This document shows, in pieces, positions 22,077 through 32,772 of a DNA stretch of 64,000 bases. The stretch lies in assembly GCF_003790525.1 (NCBI RefSeq), contig NZ_CP033635.1. The stretch is one strand, 5' to 3'. Every line of letters starts with the position of its first letter. The first letter of the stretch is position 1. The stretch is from Escherichia coli (GTDB lineage Bacteria > Pseudomonadota > Gammaproteobacteria > Enterobacterales > Enterobacteriaceae). Position numbers and translations under genes: made by a program. The notes beneath the pieces were generated by a model. That model made no database searches and had not been told where the DNA came from. It saw only the letters and a list, made by a program, of their open reading frames with translations.

Positions 22077-22288
22077 TGTTTCGTTCTCCATTGACGTTAT
22101 GGCTGAACTGTAATCGAACATTTGAGTTAATTAAGAGCGTTAGATCACAAAAGAACAATTGACCAAAAAAATTACAAATGACCAAATCAAAGCAATAAAC
22201 TTGCCTCGCGGTAAAGCTATGGCCAAAATGACGCTAATCAGTTGCGGGATTTTCACGATTCCGCACGCCACTTTTGAGGTAGGGAAAC

Positions 22289-23230
22289 GTGAACAAAGAA
22301 GATGACATCAGGCTCGATCAAAAAGTACGGGCGGCATGGATGTACTACATTGCCGGACTTAATCAGAGTGAAATCGCAAGTCAGTTAGGTACTTCACGGC
22401 CAGTGGTTCAACGCCTGATAGCAGCAGCGAAAGACGAAGGGATTGTGTCGATTGGATTGCATCATCCGGTTGCCAACTGTCTCGATTATGCCCAACTGTT
22501 AAAGGAAAAGTACCAATTAACCGACTGCAATATTATGCCGGTTTACAGTATTGAAAGTACGCTCGACAGCGTGACATTTGGCTGTTATCAACTGATGGCG
22601 CGTTACTTACAGGGTGACAAACCGACCATCGTTGGTATTGGTTCTGGCTTAACGTTGAAGAAAACCATTAAACGTATCGATTTTGATAGTCAGAATACCC
22701 GCTGTGTGGCGCTGATTAGCGCCATGAATGAACACGGGCAATGTAACTATTACGACGACGTACCGCTGCTTTTGGCGAGAAAAATTCAGGGAAAATATTA
22801 CCAGTGGCCAGCTCCACGCTATGCTCAGTCCCGCGAAGAGTACCAAATGTGGTCAACCAATCGATTGTTCCGCAACGTCTCTACCGTAGCGCGTGACTCT
22901 GATGTTATTTTCGTGGGTATTGGTGCTTTAGGTCGTCAAAGCCCTATTTTCAAAGATGGCTTTATTGATGAGCAGCAACTGGAAGAGTTAACAGCACGCG
23001 GAGGCGTTGGTGAAATCCTCGGACGCTTTATTGATGCTGAAGGCAATGTTGTGGAAAGCCAGATCAACCAGATGATCACCAGCCATGATATCCGCGAAAG
23101 CAACTGCCCACGTATCGCAGCTGCCTGTGGTGAGGATAAACGTCCGGCGATCCTCGCAGCATTAAAAGGTGGGTGGATCAACGGTCTGGTCACCGATGAA
23201 CACACCGCACGCTGGTTGCTGACACGTTAA
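22289..23230 (+). CDS. atlR: SorC/DeoR-type sugar-binding transcriptional regulator (313 aa)
   Basis: N-terminal HTH (LNQSEIASQLGTSRPVVQRL) plus sugar-binding domain; divergent from atlDKT. Symbol assigned by adjacency only. Confidence 0.75.
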   Translation: MNKEDDIRLDQKVRAAWMYYIAGLNQSEIASQLGTSRPVVQRLIAAAKDEGIVSIGLHHPVANCLDYAQLLKEKYQLTDCNIMPVYSIESTLDSVTFGCYQLMARYLQGDKPTIVGIGSGLTLKKTIKRIDFDSQNTRCVALISAMNEHGQCNYYDDVPLLLARKIQGKYYQWPAPRYAQSREEYQMWSTNRLFRNVSTVARDSDVIFVGIGALGRQSPIFKDGFIDEQQLEELTARGGVGEILGRFIDAEGNVVESQINQMITSHDIRESNCPRIAAACGEDKRPAILAALKGGWINGLVTDEHTARWLLTR

Positions 23231-23232
23231 TC

Positions 23233-24264
23233 TCAGCTGACAACATTCAGGCTCGGAATGAGTTGTGGCGGTATCTCAATGCGACGCAGGGTGGTATCGC
23301 CAGAATCCACAATTTCAAACACTTTTTCGAGCATGGCGGGTACATCCTGACGAACCATATCGATATCGTGCCCGAGCAGAGAAACAAAAGGATCCCAGTC
23401 AAAACACCCCATTGGCGGTTGATTGGCTCCCGTCTGCCCGGTTTGCGCCAGCCAGCGAACCACCCCTTCAAGAGAGATTGTCGAGTTGACGAATAACCCG
23501 TGAAGCGATACTGCAGAGCTTTGGAAGACCTCTTTCAGTAATCCCTCTACGCGAGCAGAAGAGTAGCCGGTAACCAGTTTATGTTCATCCGGTACGGTTA
23601 TCCCCAAAGCCTGATGGGCATCGACAAAACCACATAAACGTTCAGCAGTATTGTTATCGCTTATACGTCCACCGACAAAAGTCAAAGGTGCCAGCTTGCC
23701 ATAGCGTTTCTGGCTGTTGGCTAAAATTCTTTCCGTCAATAATTTCGCCCCCATATAGTTATCAGAAATGATCGACGGCGCCAGTGTTCCCGGCAGATCC
23801 AGATTCAGTGTCGGTACGCCCGCTTGCTGGCACATTTGGGCTATTTTATCCGGTTGAGTCGCTCCGGTAGCAATGACCCAATCCACCTGCCAGGAGAGCA
23901 TGGCGCGAGCAGCCTCAATTTCCAGTTCTGGCTGTCGCCGCGTACAGGTGATGATTGGCAGTAATCCTCTGGCACGCGCCATCTCTTCAAATTTTTCGGC
24001 AATCGATCCAAAGTATCGGTTGTCATATTTCGGCACAATCATGCCAATAACGTTGGATTTTTTACTGCGCAGTAAACTTGCCTGCCGATTAATGGCATAT
24101 CCCTGCTCTTCCGCAATACGGGTGACCTTCTCAGCCAGCTTTGCGCTGATGCGTCGCTTTTTCCAGTTGCCATTCAAAATAGCGCTTACCGCACTGGCAG
24201 AAACGCCGGTTAATTCTGCCAGGTCGTAAATGGTCGTTTTCTTCGTTTTCTCAACGCGTGTCAC
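23233..24264 (-). CDS. rtlR: LacI-family transcriptional repressor (343 aa)
   Basis: LacI-type HTH (TIYDLAELTGVSASAVS) plus periplasmic-binding-like domain; divergent from rtlDKT. Symbol assigned by adjacency only. Confidence 0.75.
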   Translation of the reverse strand: MTRVEKTKKTTIYDLAELTGVSASAVSAILNGNWKKRRISAKLAEKVTRIAEEQGYAINRQASLLRSKKSNVIGMIVPKYDNRYFGSIAEKFEEMARARGLLPIITCTRRQPELEIEAARAMLSWQVDWVIATGATQPDKIAQMCQQAGVPTLNLDLPGTLAPSIISDNYMGAKLLTERILANSQKRYGKLAPLTFVGGRISDNNTAERLCGFVDAHQALGITVPDEHKLVTGYSSARVEGLLKEVFQSSAVSLHGLFVNSTISLEGVVRWLAQTGQTGANQPPMGCFDWDPFVSLLGHDIDMVRQDVPAMLEKVFEIVDSGDTTLRRIEIPPQLIPSLNVVS

Positions 24265-24422
24265 AAATTTGCCTCTTCATTTTGAATGTCTCTTGCTGAG
24301 AATTTAAGCAAGTGCTAGATCTGCTTCATCGATTGAGCAGTTTGCTTCACACGGCAGCTAAATTCCCGTTCAGTGCGTGCAAGCAAACAGAGACTATAAA
24401 TTCGCCCTGGTAAAAGGATTAT

Positions 24423-25175
24423 ATGATGAATCACTCTGTGCCCTCTATGAATACTCCCCTTAATGGCAAAGTTGCAGCTATCACTGGCGCTGCGTCAGGT
24501 ATTGGCCTGCAATGTGCAAAAACGCTGCTCGATGCAGGAGCAAAGGTAGTATTGATTGACCGGGAAGGCGACAAACTGCACAAGATTGTCGCTGAGTTAG
24601 GCGAAAACGCGTACGCGCTGCAACTCGATCTCTTCAATAATCAGCAAGTCGATAACATGCTGGCGGACATTATCGAACTGGCGGGTGGGCTGGATATTTT
24701 TCATGCCAATGCAGGCGCTTATATTGGCGGCCCAGTGGCTGAAGGTGATCCAGATGTCTGGGATCGTGTGTTAAATCTGAATATAAATGCGGCGTTTCGC
24801 TGTGTCCGTGCAGTCCTGCCGCATATGATTGCGCAGAGGTCGGGCGATATAATTTTTACCAGTTCCATCGCGGGCGTCGTTCCGGTTATCTGGGAACCGA
24901 TCTACACCGCGTCCAAATTTGCCGTTCAGGCATTCGTACACACTACCCGCCGCCAGGTTTCTCAATATGGCGTGCGTGTGGGTGCGGTGCTGCCAGGACC
25001 AGTAGTCACTGCCCTGCTTGATGACTGGCCAAAAGCCAAAATGGAAGAAGCCCTGGCAAATGGTAGCCTGATGCAACCGATTGAAGTGGCGGAATCAGTA
25101 TTGTTTATGGTGACCCGCTCGAAAAATGTCACCGTGCGAGATTTAGTGATCCTGCCTGGCAGTGTCGATCTGTAA
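24423..25175 (+). CDS. rtlD: Short-chain dehydrogenase/reductase, ribitol 2-dehydrogenase-like (about 249 aa)
   Basis: SDR motifs TGAASGIG and YTASK; the start may be the second ATG at 24426. Confidence 0.85.
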   Translation: MMNHSVPSMNTPLNGKVAAITGAASGIGLQCAKTLLDAGAKVVLIDREGDKLHKIVAELGENAYALQLDLFNNQQVDNMLADIIELAGGLDIFHANAGAYIGGPVAEGDPDVWDRVLNLNINAAFRCVRAVLPHMIAQRSGDIIFTSSIAGVVPVIWEPIYTASKFAVQAFVHTTRRQVSQYGVRVGAVLPGPVVTALLDDWPKAKMEEALANGSLMQPIEVAESVLFMVTRSKNVTVRDLVILPGSVDL

Positions 25176-25185
25176 GGGCGCAATC

Positions 25186-26790
25186 ATGACAATAACCAAA
25201 ACCGTTATTGGTGTTGATGTGGGATCAGGCAGTGTCCGCGCCGGGATTTTTGATCTCAACGGATCTCTGCTATCCCATGCCACAGAAAAAATCACGACTA
25301 CGCGGCGCAGCGGAAGCCGCGTGGAACAGTCCAGCCAGGAGATCTGGCAGGCGGTCTGTTCATGTATTCGTAATGCGCTCACTCTGGCAGACGTTTGTGC
25401 ACAAAGTGTGGCAGGCATCGGTTTTGATGCCACCTGTTCTCTGGTGGTACTGGATAAAAACGGTGATCCATTGCCTGTCAGCCCGGAAGGAGATGCAAAG
25501 CAAAATATCATTGTGTGGATGGATCACCGCGCCACCGAACAAGCAGAGCGAATCAATGCCACTCACCATCCGGTGCTGAACTACGTCGGTGGTAAAATTT
25601 CGCCTGAAATGGAAACACCGAAAATTCTCTGGCTGAAAGAAAATATGCCAGAGATCTACGAACGTGCCGGACAATTTTTCGATCTGGCCGATTTTCTGAC
25701 CTGGCGGGCTACCGGTGATTTAGCGCGTTCAGTATGCACTGTTACCTGTAAATGGACGTGGCTGGCACATGAAAATCGCTGGGATCCAGATTATTTCCGC
25801 ACCATTGGCCTTGCAGAGTTAGCGGATGAAGATTTTATTCGCATTGGTCATCATATTGTTTCTCCCGGAACACCTTGTGGAAATGGTTTAACAGCACAAG
25901 CCGCGGCAGAGATGGGATTACTCCCCGGCACACCTGTCGCTGTAGGGTTAATTGATGCTCACGCTGGTGGCATCGGTACGGTTGGCGTAGAAGGTGGAGC
26001 GCTGAACAATCTCGCGTATGTTTTCGGCACTTCTTCATGCACCATGGCATCTACCACTTCTCCCTCGTTTGTACCGGGTGTCTGGGGGCCGTATTACAGT
26101 GCGATGGTTCCAGGTCTGTGGTTAGTTGAAGGCGGGCAAAGTGCTGCGGGAGCAGCTATTGACCAGCTACTTGATTTCCATCCGGCTGTTGAAGAAGCTC
26201 GCGAAATGGCACAACGTGTGAATCAGCCCCTCCCCGTCTGGCTTGCTGATCGAATCCTCGAAAAAACGGCGCAACCATCAGATGCTGTCGCCCTGGCGAA
26301 AGGGCTACACGTGGTGCCGGAATTTCTCGGAAATCGCGCCCCCTTCGCAGATCCTCATGCCAGAGCGGTAATTTGTGGCCTGGGTATGGAGCGAGATCTG
26401 GATAATTTACTCGCCTTGTATATCGCTGGATTATGCGGAATTGGTTATGGTCTGCGCCAAATTCTCGACGCTCAAACAGCGCAGGGAGTAGTGAGTAAAA
26501 ATATCGTTATTAGCGGCGGTGCCGGGCAGCATCCACTGGTACGACAAATTCTGGCAGATACCTGCGGTATTCCGGTCATTACCACGCAATGCTGCGAACC
26601 GGTTTTATTAGGCTCGGCCATTCTTGGTGCTGTCGCCGGAAATATTGCACCTTCTGTTGGCGAAGCGATGCAACAATTCACCCATGTGGATAAATATTAT
26701 TATCCGCAAGAACGCTATCAATCTCTTCATCATCGTCGATATGAGGCCTATAAGCAGTTGCAGCATACTGCAAAATTACTCAGAGACTAA
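25186..26790 (+). CDS. rtlK: FGGY-family kinase, D-ribulokinase-like (534 aa)
   Basis: ORF 25162-26790 trimmed to ATG at 25186 (MTITKTVIGVDVGSGSVRAG...), 10 bp after the rtlD stop. Confidence 0.85.
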   Translation: MTITKTVIGVDVGSGSVRAGIFDLNGSLLSHATEKITTTRRSGSRVEQSSQEIWQAVCSCIRNALTLADVCAQSVAGIGFDATCSLVVLDKNGDPLPVSPEGDAKQNIIVWMDHRATEQAERINATHHPVLNYVGGKISPEMETPKILWLKENMPEIYERAGQFFDLADFLTWRATGDLARSVCTVTCKWTWLAHENRWDPDYFRTIGLAELADEDFIRIGHHIVSPGTPCGNGLTAQAAAEMGLLPGTPVAVGLIDAHAGGIGTVGVEGGALNNLAYVFGTSSCTMASTTSPSFVPGVWGPYYSAMVPGLWLVEGGQSAAGAAIDQLLDFHPAVEEAREMAQRVNQPLPVWLADRILEKTAQPSDAVALAKGLHVVPEFLGNRAPFADPHARAVICGLGMERDLDNLLALYIAGLCGIGYGLRQILDAQTAQGVVSKNIVISGGAGQHPLVRQILADTCGIPVITTQCCEPVLLGSAILGAVAGNIAPSVGEAMQQFTHVDKYYYPQERYQSLHHRRYEAYKQLQHTAKLLRD

Positions 26791-26891
26791 TTAACCAGCC
26801 GCCTGACGCTGTTTTCAGGCAATCACTAATAACGACTCACTCCGGTAATATCCCGGAGTGCATTCATCTGCACCCTAAAAACGAGGTTTAT

Positions 26892-28166
26892 ATGTCCAGA
26901 AATAATAAACAGTGGTTGGGTTTGCCACTGCATCTGATATGGGGATATATCGCCATCGCAGTATTTATGACTGGTGATGGTTTCGAACTCGCATTCTTAT
27001 CGCACTATATTAAATCGTTAGGCTTCACACCTGCGGAAGCCTCTTTTGCCTTTACGCTCTACGGCCTGGCGGCTGCCCTTTCCGCCTGGGTTTCTGGGGT
27101 AGTAGCGGAAATCATCACGCCGCAAAAAACCATGCTGATTGGTTTTGTCCTATGGTGCGTATTCCATGTTCTGTTTCTGGTCTTTGGATTAGGACAGGCA
27201 AACTATGGGTTAATCCTGCTGTTTTACGGGATTCGTGGTTTAGCGTATCCGCTATTTCTCTACTCATTTATCGTCGTTATTATTCATAACGTGCGTAGCG
27301 AAAATTCCAGTTCTGCTCTGGGTTGGTACTGGGCGGTATATTCAGTAGGGATCGGTGTTGCTGGCAGTTATATTCCCAGTTTTACGATACCGATTATGGG
27401 TGAAATGGGAACCTTATGGCTGGCACTGGCGTTCTGCTTTGCTGGCGGTGTCATTGCCATGATCTCCTTGCGTCATGTTAAAACGCCTGGACATATGCAT
27501 AATTTAACTCCCCGTGAGAAGTTTGCAGAATTAAGTCGGGCAGTAACTTTACTTTATACCAACCGCAATATTTTTCTCTCCAGTATTGTGCGCATTATAA
27601 ATACCTTATCGTTATTCGGTTTTGCGGTCATTATGCCAATGATGTTTGTGGATGAACTGGGATTCACCACCTCTGAATGGTTGCAGGTCTGGGCGGCATT
27701 TTTCTTTACCACTATTTTCTCTAATATTTTTTGGGGGATTGTGGCAGAAAAAATGGGCTGGATGCGTGTTATTCGCTGGTTTGGTTGCCTCGGGATGGCA
27801 GCATCAAGTTTAGCGTTTTACTACATGCCGCAATACTTTGGTCACAACTACTGGATGGCAATGATTCCGGCGATTGCTCTGGGAACTTTTGTTGCTGCAT
27901 TTGTGCCGATGGCCGCTGTCTTCCCGGCACTGGAACCAAAACACAAAGGTGCTGCAATCTCGGTTTACAACCTCTCTGCGGGTATGTCTAACTTCCTGGC
28001 TCCGGCAATTGCCGTGGTGTTATTACCGTGGTTTAGCACTATCGGTGTGGTCATTGCCTATACAGCATTGTATCTATTGGCCTTTGTCCTTTGCGCATTC
28101 ATTCGCGTTGAGCAGCCAGGATTCAGTTCTGCGCCAGTGACTGAGAAGGCATTGAATATCTCCTGA
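26892..28166 (+). CDS. rtlT: MFS pentitol transporter, ribitol operon (424 aa)
   Basis: Paralog of atlT (MSRNNKQWLGLPLHLIWGYIAIAVF...). Confidence 0.85.
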   Translation: MSRNNKQWLGLPLHLIWGYIAIAVFMTGDGFELAFLSHYIKSLGFTPAEASFAFTLYGLAAALSAWVSGVVAEIITPQKTMLIGFVLWCVFHVLFLVFGLGQANYGLILLFYGIRGLAYPLFLYSFIVVIIHNVRSENSSSALGWYWAVYSVGIGVAGSYIPSFTIPIMGEMGTLWLALAFCFAGGVIAMISLRHVKTPGHMHNLTPREKFAELSRAVTLLYTNRNIFLSSIVRIINTLSLFGFAVIMPMMFVDELGFTTSEWLQVWAAFFFTTIFSNIFWGIVAEKMGWMRVIRWFGCLGMAASSLAFYYMPQYFGHNYWMAMIPAIALGTFVAAFVPMAAVFPALEPKHKGAAISVYNLSAGMSNFLAPAIAVVLLPWFSTIGVVIAYTALYLLAFVLCAFIRVEQPGFSSAPVTEKALNIS

Positions 28167-28187
28167 AAAACGAAACGCATCAGGCAC

Positions 28188-28215
28188 TCATCCTCTCCCT
28201 CATGGGAGAGGATGA
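28188..28215. terminator. Perfect 12-bp stem / 4-nt loop hairpin between convergent rtlT and fbaB
   Basis: TCATCCTCTCCC-TCAT-GGGAGAGGATGA followed by TTT on the plus strand. Confidence 0.5.
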
Positions 28216-28222
28216 TTTCACA

Positions 28223-29275
28223 TCAGGCAATAGTGACTTTGTTATCGAGATAAACGTCCTGCACGGCGTTAATCAGTTTCACGCCGTCAGCCATCGATTT
28301 CTTAAATGCTTTCCGCCCCAGAATCAGCCCCATTCCGCCTGCGCGTTTGTTGATAACCGCAGTACGCACTGCATCGCTGAGGTCAGTTTCACCGCCCGCA
28401 GCACCGCCGGAGTTTATCAACCCAGCCCGACCCATATAGCAGTTAGCTAACTGATAACGCACCAGATCAATCGGGTTTTCGCTGGTCAATTTGCTGTAAA
28501 CACGATCGTCGGTGTAACCGTAATTAATTGCTTTATAGCCGCCGTTATTTTCCGCCATTTTTTGTTTGACGATATCTGCACCGATGGTTGCCGCCAGATG
28601 GTTTGCCTGACCGGTCAGGTCGGCGGAAACATGGTAATCAACGCCATCTTTCTTAAAGGCGGAGTTACGCAAATAGGCCCACAGCACTGTCACCATACCC
28701 AGCTCGTGCGCACGTTCAAAAGCCGCAGAAATTTCTTCAATCTGGCGACGTGACTCTTCCGAGCCAAAATAGATAGTCGCACCAACCGCAACCGCGCCCA
28801 TGTTGAACGCCTGCTCCACGCTGGCATACAGCGTTTGATCGTAGGTATTCGGGTAACTTAGCGTCTCGTTGTGATTAAGTTTGACGAGGAATGGAATGCG
28901 ATGCGCATAACGCCGCGATACCGACGCCAGCACGCCGTAAGTTGACGCCACACAGTTACAGCCCGCTTCGATCGCCAGTTCAACAATGTTTTTCGGGTCA
29001 AAGTAGAGCGGGTTAGCAGCAAATGAAGCTCCGGCAGAGTGCTCAACGCCCTGGTCAACCGGCAGAATAGAAAGATATCCTGTGCCAGCCAGACGCCCGG
29101 TGTTGTACAACGTCTGCATATTACGTAACACCGCTGGCGGGCGATTATTGTCAATCATTACGCGGTCTACGTAGTCATGTCCGGGGAGATAAAGCTGGTC
29201 AGAAGGAATTGTCATACAACGGTGCTGTAAAAGGTTGTCGGCGTCTTTGCCAAGCAACTGCGCAATATCTGTCAT
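28223..29275 (-). CDS. fbaB: Class I fructose-bisphosphate aldolase FbaB (350 aa)
   Basis: ORF 28223-29347 trimmed to [20 protein letters not shown]..., the FbaB N-terminus as remembered. Confidence 0.9.
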   Translation of the reverse strand: MTDIAQLLGKDADNLLQHRCMTIPSDQLYLPGHDYVDRVMIDNNRPPAVLRNMQTLYNTGRLAGTGYLSILPVDQGVEHSAGASFAANPLYFDPKNIVELAIEAGCNCVASTYGVLASVSRRYAHRIPFLVKLNHNETLSYPNTYDQTLYASVEQAFNMGAVAVGATIYFGSEESRRQIEEISAAFERAHELGMVTVLWAYLRNSAFKKDGVDYHVSADLTGQANHLAATIGADIVKQKMAENNGGYKAINYGYTDDRVYSKLTSENPIDLVRYQLANCYMGRAGLINSGGAAGGETDLSDAVRTAVINKRAGGMGLILGRKAFKKSMADGVKLINAVQDVYLDNKVTIA

Positions 29276-29531
29276 TACTATGCTCCCGTAAATTCCGATT
29301 GGATATCGGCTATGGATTGTCCTGGCCCGCCTTTTGCGGGCAATCATAATCCTGGTCGTTACGGGCGAGTTTTTCCATCTTTTGGATGTTTTTTCAGCGT
29401 TTTCTGTTGGCTCGATTCATCAGAAAAAATGTTAGCGCGGTCAAGTTTTCACCGCAAAGGTATTTAAAAGGTATTATTAAGTGGTATTGTCATCGCGTAC
29501 CTTACATTACCTGTCATGAAGGAATTAAAAG

Positions 29532-30809
29532 ATGAAAACAACAGCAAAGCTGTCGTTCATGATGTTTGTTGAATGGTTTATCTGGGGCGCGTGGTTTGTG
29601 CCATTGTGGTTGTGGTTAAGTAAAAGCGGTTTTAGTGCCGGAGAAATTGGCTGGTCGTATGCCTGTACCGCCATTGCGGCGATCCTGTCGCCAATTCTGG
29701 TTGGCTCCATCACTGACCGCTTTTTCTCGGCGCAAAAAGTGCTGGCGGTATTGATGTTCGCAGGCGCGCTGCTGATGTATTTCGCTGCGCAACAGACCAC
29801 TTTTGCCGGGTTCTTTCCGTTACTGCTGGCTTACTCTCTAACCTATATGCCGACCATTGCGCTGACTAACAGCATCGCTTTTGCCAACGTGCCGGATGTG
29901 GAGCGTGATTTCCCGCGCATTCGTGTGATGGGCACTATCGGCTGGATTGCCTCCGGTCTGGCATGTGGTTTCTTGCCGCAAATACTGGGGTATGCCGATA
30001 TCTCACCGACTAACATCCCGCTGCTGATTACCGCCGGAAGTTCTGCTCTGCTCGGTGTGTTTGCGTTTTTCCTGCCCGACACGCCACCAAAAAGCACCGG
30101 CAAAATGGATATTAAAGTCATGCTCGGCCTGGATGCGCTGATCCTGCTGCGCGATAAAAACTTCCTCGTCTTTTTCTTCTGTTCATTCCTGTTTGCGATG
30201 CCACTGGCGTTCTATTACATCTTTGCCAACGGTTATCTGACCGAAGTCGGCATGAAAAATGCCACCGGCTGGATGACGCTCGGCCAGTTCTCTGAAATAT
30301 TCTTTATGCTGGCATTACCGTTTTTCACTAAACGCTTTGGTATCAAAAAGGTATTATTGCTTGGTCTGGTCACCGCTGCGATCCGCTATGGCTTCTTTAT
30401 TTACGGTAGTGCGGATGAATATTTCACCTACGCGTTACTGTTCCTCGGTATTTTGCTTCACGGCGTAAGTTACGATTTTTACTACGTTACCGCTTACATC
30501 TATGTCGATAAAAAAGCCCCCGTGCATATGCGTACCGCCGCGCAGGGGCTGATCACGCTCTGCTGCCAGGGCTTCGGCAGTTTGCTCGGCTATCGTCTTG
30601 GCGGTGTGATGATGGAAAAGATGTTCGCTTATCAGGAACCGGTAAACGGACTGACTTTCAACTGGTCCGGGATGTGGACTTTTGGCGCGGTGATGATTGC
30701 CATTATCGCCGTGCTGTTCATGATTTTTTTCCGCGAATCCGACAACGAAATTACGGCTATCAAGGTCGATGATCGCGATATTGCGTTGACACAAGGGGAA
30801 GTTAAATGA
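29532..30809 (+). CDS. yegT: Nucleoside:H+ symporter-family MFS transporter YegT (425 aa)
   Basis: 12-TM ORF resembling NupG/XapB-type nucleoside permeases; position after fbaB. Confidence 0.85.
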   Translation: MKTTAKLSFMMFVEWFIWGAWFVPLWLWLSKSGFSAGEIGWSYACTAIAAILSPILVGSITDRFFSAQKVLAVLMFAGALLMYFAAQQTTFAGFFPLLLAYSLTYMPTIALTNSIAFANVPDVERDFPRIRVMGTIGWIASGLACGFLPQILGYADISPTNIPLLITAGSSALLGVFAFFLPDTPPKSTGKMDIKVMLGLDALILLRDKNFLVFFFCSFLFAMPLAFYYIFANGYLTEVGMKNATGWMTLGQFSEIFFMLALPFFTKRFGIKKVLLLGLVTAAIRYGFFIYGSADEYFTYALLFLGILLHGVSYDFYYVTAYIYVDKKAPVHMRTAAQGLITLCCQGFGSLLGYRLGGVMMEKMFAYQEPVNGLTFNWSGMWTFGAVMIAIIAVLFMIFFRESDNEITAIKVDDRDIALTQGEVK

Positions 30810-31810
30810 AAACAGAACGTATTCTCGGTGCTCTTTATGGGCAGGCGTTAGGGGATGCGATGGGGATGCCCTCCGAGCTTTGGCCACGCAGCCGCGTTAA
30901 AGCACACTTTGGCTGGATTGACCGTTTTCTTCCTGGACCAAAGGAGAATAACGCGGCCTGTTATTTTAACCGCGCCGAATTCACCGACGATACCTCGATG
31001 GCGCTGTGTCTGGCGGATGCGTTACTGGAACGTGAAGGCAAGATCGATCCGAATCTGATTGGGCGTAATATTCTCGACTGGGCGCTGCGTTTCGACGCCT
31101 TTAACAAAAACGTACTTGGTCCGACCTCGAAGATTGCGCTTAACGCCATTCGCGACGGTAAACCCATTGCTGAACTGGAAAACAACGGCGTGACCAACGG
31201 CGCAGCGATGCGCGTCTCGCCATTAGGTTGTTTGCTTCCGGCGCACGATGTTGATTCCTTTATTGATGATGTGGCGCTGGCGTCCAGCCCGACCCATAAA
31301 TCCGATCTGGCGATTGCAGGCGCGGTAGTCATCGCATGGGCGATTTCTCGTGCCATTGACGGAGAAAGCTGGTCAGCGATTGTAGATTCACTGCCTTCAA
31401 TTGCGCGACATGCACAGCAAAAACGCATCACTACCTTCAGCGCCTCACTGGCAGCACGTCTGGAGATTGCGCTGAAAATTGTGCGCAATGCCGACGGCAC
31501 CGAATCCGCCAGCGAACAGCTTTACCAGGTCGTTGGCGCAGGTACCAGCACTATTGAGTCCGTTCCGTGCGCCATTGCGCTGGTTGAACTGGCACAAACC
31601 GACCCGAATCGCTGCGCCGTCCTGTGCGCTAACCTTGGCGGCGACACAGACACCATCGGCGCTATGGCGACGGCGATTTGCGGCGCGTTGCATGGCGTTA
31701 ACGCTATCGATCCTGCATTAAAGGCGGAACTGGATGCGGTAAATCAGCTTGATTTCAACCGCTATGCCACAGCGCTGGCGAAATATCGTCAACAACGGGA
31801 GGCGGTATGA
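30806..31810 (+). CDS. yegU: ADP-ribosylglycohydrolase-family protein YegU (334 aa)
   Basis: 334-aa ORF; start overlaps the yegT stop (ATGA). Confidence 0.8.
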   Translation: MKTERILGALYGQALGDAMGMPSELWPRSRVKAHFGWIDRFLPGPKENNAACYFNRAEFTDDTSMALCLADALLEREGKIDPNLIGRNILDWALRFDAFNKNVLGPTSKIALNAIRDGKPIAELENNGVTNGAAMRVSPLGCLLPAHDVDSFIDDVALASSPTHKSDLAIAGAVVIAWAISRAIDGESWSAIVDSLPSIARHAQQKRITTFSASLAARLEIALKIVRNADGTESASEQLYQVVGAGTSTIESVPCAIALVELAQTDPNRCAVLCANLGGDTDTIGAMATAICGALHGVNAIDPALKAELDAVNQLDFNRYATALAKYRQQREAV

Positions 31811-32772
31811 GCGGCGCTCGATTACACACGCTGCTGCCTGAATTAACCTCGCGTCAGCCGGTGATGGTCGTCGGCGCGGCGGTCATTGATGTGATCGCCG
31901 ACGCTTATGCCCTCCCCTGGCGTGGGTGCGATATCGAACTGAAGCAGCAGAGCGTTAACGTTGGCGGCTGCGCACTGAATATTGCCGTGGCGTTAAAGCG
32001 CCTCGGCATCGAAGCGGGTAATGCCTTGCCGCTCGGTCAGGGCGTGTGGGCGGAGATTATTCGCAACCGGATGGCGAAAGAGGGGTTAATCAGCCTGATC
32101 GATAACGCCGAAGGCGATAACGGCTGGTGTCTGGCGCTGGTTGAGCCGGATGGCGAACGCACTTTTATGTCATTCAGCGGTGTGGAAAATCAGTGGAATC
32201 GCCAGTGGCTGGCGCGATTAACCGTTGCGCCTGGCAGCCTGCTCTATTTTTCCGGTTATCAACTGGCCTCGCCCTGCGGCGAATTGTTAGTGGAATGGCT
32301 GGAAAAGCTGCAAGACGTGACGCCGTTTATCGATTTTGGCCCACGTATCGGCGATATCCCGGACGCATTACTGGCGCGGATCATGGCCTGTCGACCTTTA
32401 GTATCACTCAATCGTCAAGAGGCTGAGATTGCCGCCGAACGTTTTGCTTTATCCGCAGAGATAACAACACTTGGCAAGCAATGGCAGGAGAAATCTGCCG
32501 CGCCGTTGATCGTTCGTCTCGATAAAGAGGGTGCATGGTATTTCAGCAACGACGCTTCTGGCTGCATTCCGGCATTTCCAACGCAAGTTGTAGACACCAT
32601 TGGGGCGGGCGACAGTCATGCAGGTGGCGTACTTGCCGGGCTGGCCTCTGGTCTGCCACTGGCGGATGCCGTATTACTGGGCAATGCAGTGGCGTCGTGG
32701 GTTGTCGGGCATCGGGGCGGTGATTGTGCGCCAACGCGCGAGGAACTACTCCTCGCACACAAAAACGTATAG
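31807..32772 (+). CDS. yegV: PfkB-family carbohydrate/nucleoside kinase YegV (321 aa)
   Basis: C-terminal PfkB signature DTIGAGDSHAGG; start overlaps the yegU stop. Confidence 0.85.
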   Translation: MSGARLHTLLPELTSRQPVMVVGAAVIDVIADAYALPWRGCDIELKQQSVNVGGCALNIAVALKRLGIEAGNALPLGQGVWAEIIRNRMAKEGLISLIDNAEGDNGWCLALVEPDGERTFMSFSGVENQWNRQWLARLTVAPGSLLYFSGYQLASPCGELLVEWLEKLQDVTPFIDFGPRIGDIPDALLARIMACRPLVSLNRQEAEIAAERFALSAEITTLGKQWQEKSAAPLIVRLDKEGAWYFSNDASGCIPAFPTQVVDTIGAGDSHAGGVLAGLASGLPLADAVLLGNAVASWVVGHRGGDCAPTREELLLAHKNV

